DNA of 64,000 nucleotides from an uncultured Gammaproteobacteria bacterium (GCA_964408485.1 CAYOZJ010000002.1:69235-133234); one strand, 5' to 3'. Positions 27,439-37,320 are shown, counted from the first letter of the stretch. Notes: generated by a model from the sequence alone, not told the origin. Translations and numbers: made by a program.

Positions 27439-27690
27439 ATGCAATCTGAAGATCTCTGGTTGTTAGTAGGAGAGTTTACTAAAGCAAATTCAAAAGAAAA
27501 GCTTGAGAATCTGCTTAAAGGACTTCTGACACTAAGCGAAATTCAGGAATTAGCAGAGCGGTTTCGCATAGTGCAGCTTCTTAAAAAGGGAGTTGCTCAG
27601 CACGAGATAGCCAAAAAACTTGGAATTGGAGTGGCAACAGTCACAAGAGGTTCTAAGGAAATAAAACAAGGAAATTTTAAATATGTATAA
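27439..27690 (+). CDS. TrpR-like / YerC-YecD family DNA-binding protein
   Basis: 83 aa. LLKKGVAQHEIAKKLGIGVATVTRGSKE HTH typical of the TrpR/YerC family. Confidence 0.7.
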   Translation: MQSEDLWLLVGEFTKANSKEKLENLLKGLLTLSEIQELAERFRIVQLLKKGVAQHEIAKKLGIGVATVTRGSKEIKQGNFKYV

Positions 27691-27761
27691 CAAAAATAAC
27701 AAAGCAAATTGGCAGGACAACCTTTCTTTGAGGGGTTAAGTTCTGTTGTGGAATTTTTATA

Positions 27762-27790
27762 GCCTCTCGCATAGAGAGGTTTTTTTGTGG
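27762..27790 (+). terminator. rho-independent terminator
   Basis: AGCCTCTCGCATAGAGAGGTTTTTTTGTGG. Confidence 0.6.
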
Positions 27791-27800
27791 AAAGGAATAT

Positions 27801-28016
27801 ATGACAGAACAATTTAGAGAAGTTTTAAGAACAGTTAAGGGAGCAGGGGGATTGATAAGAAATCTTGTAGAAGATGCAGTAGAGGATCTAAGTGGTAGAA
27901 GAGCAAGAGAATACAAAAAACACATTGCTCGAAGACAGCAAGAGGATCCAACATTTGATCCAGGTAAGAGAGATTCGGATTCATATGATACGTCTAAAAG
28001 CTGTGGAAACGTATAG
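27801..28016 (+). CDS. small charged hypothetical protein (operon member 1)
   Basis: 71 aa, SD-like GGAAAGG upstream, follows terminator. Confidence 0.45.
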   Translation: MTEQFREVLRTVKGAGGLIRNLVEDAVEDLSGRRAREYKKHIARRQQEDPTFDPGKRDSDSYDTSKSCGNV

Positions 28017-28026
28017 ATGAAAGGAG

Positions 28027-28497
28027 ATGAGCAATATGAAAGGTGAAGTAAAAAGATTTTTTGAGAAAAGAAAAGACCAAGTGGTACGCCGTGCTTTATT
28101 AGAGCAGAGAGGTGAGGTATTAAAGGCCTCTGGATACCCTGATGTTGCACTTCACCCAATTGAAAGGGAGGGGCAGTATGTGTCCGAACGAAATAGAAGT
28201 CTCGTTCATAGAGTTTCTCTTGCTGAGGAGGATCGACAATACGTCCCATTTGCAGAAAGAAAATCCGAAAATACCACCTCTATGGAAGAATCTCGTGAAA
28301 GAACGTTTCGCGTTGGTGATTCTGTATATGCTCAATCATTTTATGTTGTTAGACCAGGTGGGTATGTGGTGCCTTATTATGAGTCAACGGTTGTTGAAAC
28401 TGAAGGACCTTTTAAAGGGGAGAGATATAAACATTCATTTCGAGGGAAAGATGAGATTGCACTTGCAGAGAGGTTAGAACGTGACGAAAGGAGGTGA
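28027..28497 (+). CDS. small charged hypothetical protein (operon member 2)
   Basis: 156 aa. Strong SD AAGGAGATGAGCAATATG. Arg/Glu-rich. Confidence 0.5.
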   Translation: MSNMKGEVKRFFEKRKDQVVRRALLEQRGEVLKASGYPDVALHPIEREGQYVSERNRSLVHRVSLAEEDRQYVPFAERKSENTTSMEESRERTFRVGDSVYAQSFYVVRPGGYVVPYYESTVVETEGPFKGERYKHSFRGKDEIALAERLERDERR

Positions 28498-28504
28498 ATA
28501 AAAT

Positions 28505-28822
28505 ATGAGTGGAAAACACAATAATGGAAGAAAGCATAAAGCTAAAGGACTAGGTCCTACGCTTTCAAGAAGGGAAAGAGTTGATCTATTGCAACTTTTT
28601 GCCCCAGAAGGAACAGTAGCAGTCAATTCGCACGGTGAAGCTACTCTTGTTACTGCGCGACAGAATGGGGAGGCTATTTTGCCAGGAACAGGAGGACTTA
28701 CGGAGCTACAACTTAATGAGAGCTCTCAGCATGGAACTGAAGTAATGAGAAGAAGAGAAGCGGAAGAAAGTATACGTAGACAAATGACAATGGGAGAGTT
28801 TCTTAGAGGAGGAAGAAAGTAA
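28505..28822 (+). CDS. small charged hypothetical protein (operon member 3)
   Basis: 105 aa. SD GAAAGGAGGTGAATAAAATATG. Confidence 0.5.
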   Translation: MSGKHNNGRKHKAKGLGPTLSRRERVDLLQLFAPEGTVAVNSHGEATLVTARQNGEAILPGTGGLTELQLNESSQHGTEVMRRREAEESIRRQMTMGEFLRGGRK

Positions 28823-28835
28823 TTTTTGAAAGGAG

Positions 28836-29039
28836 GTGATAGGTATGAAAAGACTAGAAATAGGAAGAATCTTGGATAGGGTGATTCCGAGAAGAGTGGA
28901 AAGACGACGCATAGCGCGAGAAGAGGCAGAAAAAGTTAGTATTGCAAGGGAGGTAATCAATAGGCGCAATACAGAGCTTGTCAGCCAAGGGAAAAGACCG
29001 GTTATTCTTGGAGAGTTTGGTGATTACGGATTCTTCTAA
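28836..29039 (+). CDS. small charged hypothetical protein (operon member 4)
   Basis: 67 aa. SD AAAGGAGGTGATAGGTATG. C-terminal GKRPVILGEFGDYGFF. Confidence 0.5.
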   Translation: MIGMKRLEIGRILDRVIPRRVERRRIAREEAEKVSIAREVINRRNTELVSQGKRPVILGEFGDYGFF

Positions 29040-29081
29040 GGTATCGGCAGGAGTGCACTCCTGCCACAAAGAAAGGAAAAT

Positions 29082-29777
29082 ATGAAAAATAAACAAATGA
29101 TAGGTATTTTAGGAGGTATGGGACCAAGTGCATCAGGCTATTTATATAATCTAATGAATAGTTTGGCTGTTAAAGAATATGGTGTAAAAAGAAATGATGA
29201 ATTTCCAGAGACCATTCTGTATTCTGTTCCTGTTCCTGATTTTATCTCTTCAAATAGAAATAAGGAAAAAGCATTACAGATGCTTGAAGGGCGGGTAAAA
29301 AGCCTTAATACATTTCCTGTAAAAGTGATCGGTATTGCTTGTAATACAGCACATATTCTATTACCTAATTTGGCTAAGCAGTCAAAATCACGATTCGTTT
29401 CTATGATTGATGAGGTTGTTGATAGAGTTTCACAGGAGGGTTTTAAAAATGTTGGTATTCTTGCTACTTCATCAACAATAAAGGCAAAACTCTATCAGAA
29501 GGGTTTAAAAATTAAAAACATACATACTATTATTCCTTCTTTGAAAGATCAGAAAGATCTTGATGAGATTATTAAAAGCATGGTGGGGGAAAGAGTTAGT
29601 ATGAAGCAGAGAAAAACAGTACTTTCAATCGTAGATAAATTCAAAAGCAAAGGTGCAGAAGCAATTATTTTGGGATGTACTGAGTTACCATTAATTTTTC
29701 CAAAACAATATTCTTTGCCTGTTTTTAATTCAGTAGAAATCTTAGCACGGGCACTTTTGAGAGAAACAATGATATAA
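29082..29777 (+). CDS. aspartate/glutamate racemase family protein
   Basis: MIGILGGMGPSAS, IGIACNTAHILL and ILGCTELPLIF motifs. Confidence 0.85.
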   Translation: MKNKQMIGILGGMGPSASGYLYNLMNSLAVKEYGVKRNDEFPETILYSVPVPDFISSNRNKEKALQMLEGRVKSLNTFPVKVIGIACNTAHILLPNLAKQSKSRFVSMIDEVVDRVSQEGFKNVGILATSSTIKAKLYQKGLKIKNIHTIIPSLKDQKDLDEIIKSMVGERVSMKQRKTVLSIVDKFKSKGAEAIILGCTELPLIFPKQYSLPVFNSVEILARALLRETMI

Positions 29778-29778
29778 T

Positions 29779-30117
29779 ATGAACAATATGGATAAAATAA
29801 CATTTGATGATTTCGCAAAATTAGAAATTCGCATTGGGACAATTCTCTCAGCAGAAAAAGTTCCAGATGGAGACAAGTTACTTAAATTACAAGTAGACTT
29901 TGGTGATGAAAAACGTCAAATCATGGCTGCAATTGCACTTTTTTATCCAGATCCAGAAGTTTTGATTGGTAAGCAAACACCTGTTGTTACTAATTTGGAG
30001 CCAAGAAAATTTAAAGGACATGAAAGCCAGGGTATGATAATTGCAACTGATAACGAAGAAGGAATAGTATTATTAACGCCGGAGAAAAAAGTTCCATCTG
30101 GAGCACGCGTACATTAA
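29779..30117 (+). CDS. tRNA-binding domain protein (CsaA/Trbp111-like)
   Basis: FAKLEIRIGTILSAEKVPDGDKLLKLQVDFGDE...QGMIIA OB-fold tRNA-binding signature. Confidence 0.75.
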   Translation: MNNMDKITFDDFAKLEIRIGTILSAEKVPDGDKLLKLQVDFGDEKRQIMAAIALFYPDPEVLIGKQTPVVTNLEPRKFKGHESQGMIIATDNEEGIVLLTPEKKVPSGARVH

Positions 30118-30119
30118 CT

Positions 30120-30842
30120 ATGAAAACGAAATTACTCTATTTAGAAGATTCTTATCTAAAGGAAATGGATGCAATAATTCTAGAAGTGTATCCAGATGCA
30201 AATGGTGCATATAAGGTAATTCTTGACCAGACTGTTTTTTATCCTGTTGGTGGAGGGCAATCGACGGATCAAGGAACACTAACGAGCGATTCATGGATTG
30301 GTAAGGTTATTGAAGTAGTCATAAAAGAAGGAGAAGTATGCCACTTTGTGAAGACCCAAGTTGCACCAGTTGTTGGGATGAAAGTGCATGGCGTTATTGA
30401 TTGGGATAGACGATATAAGAATATGCGATATCATTCAGCAGGGCACATTGTTGACTTTGCATTATTTGTGCTTGGATACTCGCCAAATACGCTCAAGCCT
30501 CTTAAAGCCGATCACGGAAAAAAGCCTTGGATTATGTATGGAGGAGAGGTTAAAGAGGACATTCGAGAGCAATTAGAGGAGAAAGCGAATGAATTAGTTG
30601 AGAAAGATTTGAAATTCACATGGCTTTTCCAACCCCTAGAAGACTTACAAAAAGAGGCAATCTATTTGCAGCCTGGTCTTCCAACAAATAAGCCACTGCG
30701 AACTTTGCGGCTTGAAACAGTAGGAGCAGTAGCAGATGGGGGAACACAGGTACATTCAACGAAAGAAGTAGGAAAAATTACCATTCCCGAAATAACGTTT
30801 GATGGACAAGATACAGTAGTACACTACACAGTAGAAGGATAA
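30120..30842 (+). CDS. AlaX-like alanyl-tRNA editing protein (SAD domain)
   Basis: HSAGHIV (HxxxH) and DGGTQVHST (CxxxH-like) zinc motifs of the AlaX / ThrRS-AlaRS second additional domain. Confidence 0.7.
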   Translation: MKTKLLYLEDSYLKEMDAIILEVYPDANGAYKVILDQTVFYPVGGGQSTDQGTLTSDSWIGKVIEVVIKEGEVCHFVKTQVAPVVGMKVHGVIDWDRRYKNMRYHSAGHIVDFALFVLGYSPNTLKPLKADHGKKPWIMYGGEVKEDIREQLEEKANELVEKDLKFTWLFQPLEDLQKEAIYLQPGLPTNKPLRTLRLETVGAVADGGTQVHSTKEVGKITIPEITFDGQDTVVHYTVEG

Positions 30843-30845
30843 AAT

Positions 30846-31841
30846 ATGGATAAAAAGAAAAAAGTATATAGCGGCATGCGGGCAACAGGGACAGGAAGAC
30901 TTCATCTTGGTAATTATTTAGGTGGAGCAAAAGGAATGCTTGCCTTGCAAGATGAGTATGACTGCACATTTTCTGTTGTAGATGCCCATGCAGTAACCAC
31001 TCCGTACGATCCAAAAATGCTTCGTGAGCAGGTACGAAATGTTATCTTGGATTATTTGGCAGTGGGACTTGATCCTGAGAAGTGTCGGATAGAAATTCAA
31101 TCTCAAATTCCCCAACACACAGAGCTGGGGTATTATCTTTCCAGCGTCTATCCATTAGCGCCATTAGAAGATTTACCAACATTTAAAGAGAAAAAAGCGC
31201 AATATCCTAAAAATGTAACCGCAGCTTTACTTAACTATCCTATCCTTATGGCAGCAGATATTCTTTTGTATAAAAGCGAATTAGTACCTGTTGGTATTGA
31301 TCAGGAGCCCCATTTGGAAGTTGCCAGAGAGATTGCTAGAAAATTTAACGCCGCGTATGGACAGACTTTCCCAGAGCCTGTGAGATTTAAAACAAAAGGA
31401 GAATATGTGCCATCACTTTTGGGACATGGGAAAATGAGTAAAACAGTCGAGGGAAGCTCAATTTACTTGGCAGATGATTTGGAAACAATTAAGAAAAAAT
31501 TAGCAAAAGTTACGACAGATTCTGGTACAAAAGGGGGACCAATTCCAAAAGAGGGAAGCGTTACGAATCTTTTTGCACTTTTTGCCCTTTTTAATAAAGA
31601 TGATATGCATAAAAAGTTTAAGAATGACTACGAAAAAGGCGTTATTCGCTACGGCGATATGAAGAATTTCTTGGCAGAGGCAATATATGAAGAGTTAAAA
31701 CCGATCCAAGAAAAGAGGAAATATTTCGAAGAAAATCCAGCGCTTGTTGATGAGATTTTGGCAGAAAGTCACGAAAAATGTCTTGCAATTGCCCGGGAAA
31801 CAATGCTTGAGGTGAAAGAAAAAATGGGACTACCTCTCTAG
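30846..31841 (+). CDS. trpS: tryptophan--tRNA ligase
   Basis: SGMRATGTGRLHLGNYLG (HIGH-class) and KMSKT (KMSKS) motifs. Confidence 0.9.
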   Translation: MDKKKKVYSGMRATGTGRLHLGNYLGGAKGMLALQDEYDCTFSVVDAHAVTTPYDPKMLREQVRNVILDYLAVGLDPEKCRIEIQSQIPQHTELGYYLSSVYPLAPLEDLPTFKEKKAQYPKNVTAALLNYPILMAADILLYKSELVPVGIDQEPHLEVAREIARKFNAAYGQTFPEPVRFKTKGEYVPSLLGHGKMSKTVEGSSIYLADDLETIKKKLAKVTTDSGTKGGPIPKEGSVTNLFALFALFNKDDMHKKFKNDYEKGVIRYGDMKNFLAEAIYEELKPIQEKRKYFEENPALVDEILAESHEKCLAIARETMLEVKEKMGLPL

Positions 31842-31906
31842 ACGAGTATTAAGGGGTTAGTATTAAGTATAAAGCAAAATTTCCTTAATACTTTATACTA
31901 AATTCT

Positions 31907-32686
31907 TTATACTTCTATTGTTGCAATTAGCCCGTAATGGTCTGATAAATGCTCATTGTCCAGTGCCTTAAAATCTCTAACTTTTATATCAGGACTTGCG
32001 AATATGTAGTCCACAGGAAAGCCAGGATTAATATCATGCCAATTGCGATGATTCAGAGGATCAATGGTATTTTTTATTCCAAATTCTTTAGTAAGATCTT
32101 TGGCATATTTCTCTAAATCCAGAATAGTTGGTTGGTCATCCTGAATATTAAAGTCTCCAGAGAGGATAAATGGTGATTCAAGCTTACTCACGTAATCAAT
32201 AAACTTTACGTTTTGTTCTCGTTGATGGGGTTGTTCGAGGGAAGTCTTGGCCCAAGCTAAATGTGCATTAACAACATCTAATCTTTTTCCATCAATCGAG
32301 AAAGTAAGGTGATATGCATTTCTAGCAAAATCCTCAAACGTTGTTCGGCCAACGGGGAAGGGCGTGTCTCTTTTATAGAGCCAAAGTGTATCCTCATGCA
32401 GAAGAGTAAATGATTTTTTGTAGAAAATTGCATTAGATTGACTAATAAAAATTGATTCCGGAACAAACGTACTGTGGATTGATTCTTTCCCAACATATTC
32501 ATCTCCCAAGACTTCCTGTAGCGCACTAAAGCAATCAGTAATAGGATGCATATCAGACTTTTCTGGTTTTAGTTTGCCGACTTCTTGAAAGCAGAGAATA
32601 TCAAAGGTATTTTTCTCTAAGTACGATTTGATAGCAGGAAAGTGCATACCGGTAAGCATATTTAATTGGAGGATTTTTAATTTCAT
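31907..32686 (-). CDS. endonuclease/exonuclease/phosphatase (EEP) family protein
   Basis: LKILQLNMLTGMHFP...FDILCFQEV N-terminus and C-terminal SDHYGL. Confidence 0.7.
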   Translation of the reverse strand: MKLKILQLNMLTGMHFPAIKSYLEKNTFDILCFQEVGKLKPEKSDMHPITDCFSALQEVLGDEYVGKESIHSTFVPESIFISQSNAIFYKKSFTLLHEDTLWLYKRDTPFPVGRTTFEDFARNAYHLTFSIDGKRLDVVNAHLAWAKTSLEQPHQREQNVKFIDYVSKLESPFILSGDFNIQDDQPTILDLEKYAKDLTKEFGIKNTIDPLNHRNWHDINPGFPVDYIFASPDIKVRDFKALDNEHLSDHYGLIATIEV

Positions 32687-32752
32687 AGGGATTTAGTGTA
32701 TCAAAAATAGCAGAGAAAAGGGACTGGAGAGCATGTGGTAGAATGAAACACG

Positions 32753-33658
32753 ATGCGAAAATTACAGCCTGAAAGAGTAAGAGAATTCCGCAGAAAAATA
32801 CTTTCCTGGTATAAAAAGAATAAGCGTGATTTACCTTGGCGCCATCCTTCGCTAAAGCTTCGGAATGGTAAAGGACGTGATCCTTATGCAATTCTTGTTT
32901 CAGAAGTAATGCTTCAACAAACACAAGTGAGTCGAGTCATTGAAAAATATAATGAGTGGATAAAAGCATTTCCAACAATTAGGAAATTGGCAAAAGCATC
33001 TTTTAGAGATATCTTGTCTCGTTGGTCAGGGCTTGGATACAACAGGCGTGCTTTATATCTGCAGCAGCTTGCCCAGGATATTGTGAAAAATCACCATGGA
33101 AAGTTTCCGCAGAATGAAAAAGAGCTACAAAAGCTTCCTGGCATTGGGGAATATACAGCTAGAGCAATTCTTTGTTTTGCATTTAATGAGCAAGTTGCTG
33201 TAGTGGATACAAATATCAGAAAAGTCATACTTACAAATTTTTTCTCTGAGCGAGCGAGGCGAGTCGAAGAGCCTTCGACAGGCTCAGGCAAAAAAGGTTC
33301 TGGGCAAGCCAGAATGACAGATAAAGAAATCCAAGAAATTGCAAATCAGCTTCTTCCAAAAGGAAAGGCCTATGAGTGGAATCAGGCGCTTATGGACTAT
33401 GCATCGAGTGAGTTAAAGCAGGAAAAAATACCAATTCCTAAGCAGTCAAAATTTAAAGATTCAGATAGGTATTATCGTGGAGAGATTTTGCGTATGCTTC
33501 TTACTAATCCTGCCTATTCATTTGAAGAGGTACAAAAACATTTTGTAGAAATCAAAAAAGAAATTTCTTCGCAGCGCCTTGAGAGAATAGTTCAAACATT
33601 ATATAAGGATAGATTTATTGAATATACAAAATCCGTTATAGTTCTGAGAAAGAATTAA
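32753..33658 (+). CDS. HhH-GPD DNA glycosylase (MutY/Nth family) with in-frame repeat insertion
   Basis: WYKKNKRDLPWR, PYAILVSEVMLQQTQV and LPGIGEYTARAILCFAFNEQVAVVDTNIRKV (HhH-GPD). Contains inserted FFSERARRVEEPSTGSGKKGSGQARMTDK. Confidence 0.8.
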   Translation: MRKLQPERVREFRRKILSWYKKNKRDLPWRHPSLKLRNGKGRDPYAILVSEVMLQQTQVSRVIEKYNEWIKAFPTIRKLAKASFRDILSRWSGLGYNRRALYLQQLAQDIVKNHHGKFPQNEKELQKLPGIGEYTARAILCFAFNEQVAVVDTNIRKVILTNFFSERARRVEEPSTGSGKKGSGQARMTDKEIQEIANQLLPKGKAYEWNQALMDYASSELKQEKIPIPKQSKFKDSDRYYRGEILRMLLTNPAYSFEEVQKHFVEIKKEISSQRLERIVQTLYKDRFIEYTKSVIVLRKN

Positions 33659-33885
33659 ATAAAAGGAAGTAGTCGCCATCTTCTTTTTCTTTCGGGCTGA
33701 GGTTGGAAAAGAGGCTGGGAAGCTTCTTGTTGTTGTCGATGGGCAAGTGCAGCATCTTCGAGATCGACAAAAACTCTCGTGACATCAACAATATTACCAA
33801 GCCTATCTCTTTCGAAAACTAAGTGGGTGGGGCGATACTCCAGTGACACAGATATAGGTATACGTTTTGAGTAGTAAAAAATCAA
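33655..33885 (-). CDS. hypothetical small protein
   Basis: 76-aa ORF in an otherwise empty 540-bp spacer. Confidence 0.2.
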   Translation of the reverse strand: MIFYYSKRIPISVSLEYRPTHLVFERDRLGNIVDVTRVFVDLEDAALAHRQQQEASQPLFQPQPERKRRWRLLPFI

Positions 33886-33931
33886 ATAAAAAATCTGCAG
33901 ATTTATGTAAGGAATTTGTCAGGGATAAGAG

Positions 33932-34114
33932 TTAACGGGTTCGTTCGTTTTCAGGATGTAGTTTATGAATGTCTCGTTCCATGTTTATGTCTCTTGTAGT
34001 CCATAGCCTTAAGCCTCGTGGAATTCTTGTTGCTCCAAAAGGGACTGCATGATATCTTGATGCTTCATCTCTGTCTGAAAGATCTCTCAAAAAATAACTA
34101 TCAATTTGTGTCAT
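33932..34114 (-). CDS. hypothetical small protein
   Basis: 60-aa ORF in the same spacer. Confidence 0.2.
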   Translation of the reverse strand: MTQIDSYFLRDLSDRDEASRYHAVPFGATRIPRGLRLWTTRDINMERDIHKLHPENERTR

Positions 34115-34207
34115 AGTCCTATAATATCTAGATCGTAGTACAATGTTAGTTCATTGTCAACTATTTGTCAGATTTTTAGCATTATTAATGCACTATTTTG
34201 TATTCTA

Positions 34208-34217
34208 TGGTATACTC
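34208..34217 (+). promoter_or_regulatory. extended -10 promoter element (TGGTATACT) upstream of ftsH
   Basis: TGnTATACT about 10 bp before the ATG at 34228. Confidence 0.35.
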
Positions 34218-34227
34218 AAAATCACGC

Positions 34228-36099
34228 ATGCCTCAGCCAAAGAAAACTCAGCGAAAAATAGTAAAATTCAAAGTTAATTTTTCCTGGAAAAACCTCTTTT
34301 TGTATGGATTCCTTCTCCTTATGCTCCTTCTTCTTTTTGCTGGATTTACCAGTGAAAATCCAACACAAAAAAGTGTCGCACTTTCTCAAATTGTTAATGA
34401 CGTAAAGAGTGGGAAGGTAAAAGAGTTAACAGTCTCGGATACAAAAATTGTTGCAACCGAACAAAATGGAAGTGTACAAAGTACAAAAGAAGCAGGGAGC
34501 AGCGTCTATACACTTTTTAAAGACGCAGGAGGAAGTCTGGACAAGACAAAAGTAACCATTAAAGATGATAGCAGTCTGACTAACTGGGTCAATATTTTAT
34601 CTGGTGTTTTGCCAATTGTCCTTATGATTGCATTCTTTTACTTCCTCTTTAGACAAGCGAGAGGTGCGCAGGAAAATATATTTTCCTTTGGACAGAGTAG
34701 AGCAAAGCAATTTAGTAAAGATACGCCTAAAACAACCTTTGCTGATGTTGCAGGAGTAGATGATGCAAAACAAGAATTATCTGAAATCGTTGATTTCCTC
34801 AAAAATCCTGGTAAATATAAAGCAATGGGAGCGCGTACTCCAAAAGGAGTACTCATGATTGGTCCAAGTGGCACTGGTAAGACGCTTTTAGCCCGCGCAA
34901 CAGCAGGAGAAGCAGGCGTTGCATTCTTCTCTATGGCAGGATCTGAATTTATGGAAATGCTTGTTGGTGTTGGGGCTTCAAGAGTGAGAGATCTGTTTAA
35001 CACAGCTAAAAAAGCACAACCTGCAATTATCTTTATTGATGAAGTTGATGCAATTGGGAGACAACGGGGAAGTGGACTTATGGGCGGACATGATGAGCGT
35101 GAGCAGACGCTTAATCAAATTTTGGTTGAGATGGATGGATTTACTCAAAATGAGCAAATCGTTGTTATGGCAGCAACCAATAGACCAGATGTCTTGGATC
35201 CTGCATTAGTACGTCCTGGAAGATTTGACAGACGCGTAAGTCTGGATATGCCCGATTTGGAAGGCAGAAAAGCAATTCTTCTTATTCATTCTAAAGGCAA
35301 ACCAATGGAGAAAAATGTTGACTGGGAGAAAGTTGCCAAGAGGACTGTTGGATTTAGTGGTGCAGATTTGGAAAACATGCTTAATGAAGCAGCGATTGGC
35401 GCAGCAAGAAGTGGAAAGACAGCAATAGATATGGCAGAGCTGGAAGAGTCTGCAACAAAAGTAAAATTAGGACCTGAGAAAAAAAGGTTACAGTCAGAGG
35501 AAGATAAGAAAATGACTGCATATCACGAAGGAGGTCACGCATTGGTGAGTTGGTTTATGCCTCATTTAGAGCCAATTCATAGAATTTCTATTGTGAGTCG
35601 TGGTATGAGTCTGGGACACACGATGGCAGAGTCAGATGATCATTTGCACGAAACCAAGACATATCTCCTTGAACAAATCGCTATGATGCTTGGTGGGAGA
35701 GCAGCAGAGCAGGTGGTATTTGGAGAAATAACAACTGGAGCCTCTAACGATATAGAAAAAGCAACGTCAGTTGCAAGACAGATGGTCTTAGAGCTTGGAA
35801 TGAGCGATTTAGGACCGGTTAATTTGGCGCCTGACAAGAGATTTATCTATGAGGGATATGAAGTATCTCCTGAAATGAAATCTCATGTAGATAGTGAAGT
35901 AAAAAAGATTTTAGATGAAGGGTATAGAATTGCAATGAAAGTCCTTAAAGACTTACGCAAAGACTTAGATAAATTGGCAGAAGCATTACTGAAGAAGGAG
36001 ACAATGGAATCAGAAGAATTTGTCTTGCTTCTTGGAGCAAAGCCAAAGGGTGTTAGTCCATTTCTTCCTAGAATTGCTGCAGCTAAGGTAAGAAGTTAA
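34228..36099 (+). CDS. ftsH: ATP-dependent zinc metalloprotease FtsH
   Basis: Two TM segments, AAA Walker [12 protein letters not shown], and HEGGHA zinc motif. The track start of 34198 is also possible. Confidence 0.95.
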   Translation: MPQPKKTQRKIVKFKVNFSWKNLFLYGFLLLMLLLLFAGFTSENPTQKSVALSQIVNDVKSGKVKELTVSDTKIVATEQNGSVQSTKEAGSSVYTLFKDAGGSLDKTKVTIKDDSSLTNWVNILSGVLPIVLMIAFFYFLFRQARGAQENIFSFGQSRAKQFSKDTPKTTFADVAGVDDAKQELSEIVDFLKNPGKYKAMGARTPKGVLMIGPSGTGKTLLARATAGEAGVAFFSMAGSEFMEMLVGVGASRVRDLFNTAKKAQPAIIFIDEVDAIGRQRGSGLMGGHDEREQTLNQILVEMDGFTQNEQIVVMAATNRPDVLDPALVRPGRFDRRVSLDMPDLEGRKAILLIHSKGKPMEKNVDWEKVAKRTVGFSGADLENMLNEAAIGAARSGKTAIDMAELEESATKVKLGPEKKRLQSEEDKKMTAYHEGGHALVSWFMPHLEPIHRISIVSRGMSLGHTMAESDDHLHETKTYLLEQIAMMLGGRAAEQVVFGEITTGASNDIEKATSVARQMVLELGMSDLGPVNLAPDKRFIYEGYEVSPEMKSHVDSEVKKILDEGYRIAMKVLKDLRKDLDKLAEALLKKETMESEEFVLLLGAKPKGVSPFLPRIAAAKVRS

Positions 36100-36294
36100 G
36101 CAGCTTTTCTCGCAGGTGATTGTGATCGTGTTCTTCCTCTTGCAGCTCTTACTCCTCTAAAAAGAAGTTCAACAGGTTTTTGTAGAATCCTTCTAGGAAT
36201 TTCCGGTTGAGCAAGAAGAGGTCCAACCACTTGTATTGCTTGCTCCGCTAGTTGTTCGAGTATCATATAGTAATTATATCATGGAGGTAGAATA

Positions 36295-37320
36295 TTGTCA
36301 TGGTATACTACAAAGTACATGAAAAAGTTACTTCTGATTGATGGAAATGCCATTTTACACCGTGCATTTCATGCCTATCCACCAGTATTTTCTGACAAAG
36401 AGGGTAATCCTACAAATGCTATTTATGGCTTTTATGCAATGCTTTTAAAAGTTATGGAGGAGGTAAAACCAGATTTACTCACCATTTGCTTTGATCAAGG
36501 TGCGCCGACTTTTCGCATGAATATGTATGCTGGGTATCATGCCAATAGGCCAAAAATGCAGGACACATTGGGAGTACAGGTCGAGCCCTTGCGTGAGTCT
36601 TTGCGTAAAATAGGAATTCCCGTTGAAGCAATCGATGGATATGAAGCAGATGATTTAATTGGGACATTATCTCATCAAGCGTCAAGCGTAAGGCGTAAAG
36701 GGGAAAGTTTGGAAACAATAATCCTAACAGGTGACAGGGATCTTTTGCAGTTAATTAACGAGCATACCAAAGTTCTTATGCCAATAACAGGAATTACGAA
36801 GTCTGTCTTAATGGATGAAGGAGCAGTTGAGGCAAAATACGGCATAAAGGCAAGTCAGGTAATTGATTACAAAGCCTTAGTTGGCGACCCGTCTGATAAC
36901 TATCCAGGTGTTGGGGGAATAGGTCCTAAAACAGCGGCAACACTTCTTAAAGAGTGGGAAACATTGGAGAATTTGTATACCCATTTGGGAGATATAAAAC
37001 CTGAGTTGAGTCAAAAATTAGCTCAAGATGCAGAGCAGGCAATGCTATGCAAGAAGTTGGCAACCATTCAGCTAGACGTACCTGTTCATTTAGATATAAA
37101 GAAAGCAGATGTAGACAATTTTTCTCTGGAAAAGTTTTTGGATATTTTCGAGCACTTCAATATTCACTCATTGGTTAAGAGGCTTAGTCTAGCGCTAGGA
37201 AGTGAAGCACCTATAACACGAAGCGAGACGAAGCAATCTAGTTTAAAGAAAGATTCTGGACAAGCCAGAATGACGAAAGAAGAAAAGAAGAAAGAGGATA
37301 GTCAACTAGAGCTACTTTAG
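36295..37320 (+). CDS. 5'-3' exonuclease (stand-alone Pol I 5'-nuclease/FEN domain) with repeat-derived C-terminal tail
   Basis: LLLIDGNAILHRAFHA and GDRDLLQL, H3TH region. The C-terminal ~40 aa (SETKQSSLKKDSGQARMTKEEKKKED) derive from repeat DNA. Confidence 0.85.
   Translation: MSWYTTKYMKKLLLIDGNAILHRAFHAYPPVFSDKEGNPTNAIYGFYAMLLKVMEEVKPDLLTICFDQGAPTFRMNMYAGYHANRPKMQDTLGVQVEPLRESLRKIGIPVEAIDGYEADDLIGTLSHQASSVRRKGESLETIILTGDRDLLQLINEHTKVLMPITGITKSVLMDEGAVEAKYGIKASQVIDYKALVGDPSDNYPGVGGIGPKTAATLLKEWETLENLYTHLGDIKPELSQKLAQDAEQAMLCKKLATIQLDVPVHLDIKKADVDNFSLEKFLDIFEHFNIHSLVKRLSLALGSEAPITRSETKQSSLKKDSGQARMTKEEKKKEDSQLELL

Noticed and set aside
27677-28249. 190-aa minus-strand ORF overlapping the small-protein operon.
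   Set aside because: Antisense to + strand ORFs that have strong SD sequences and a terminator-defined operon structure. Its translation is low-complexity (L/S/P-rich) and not protein-like.
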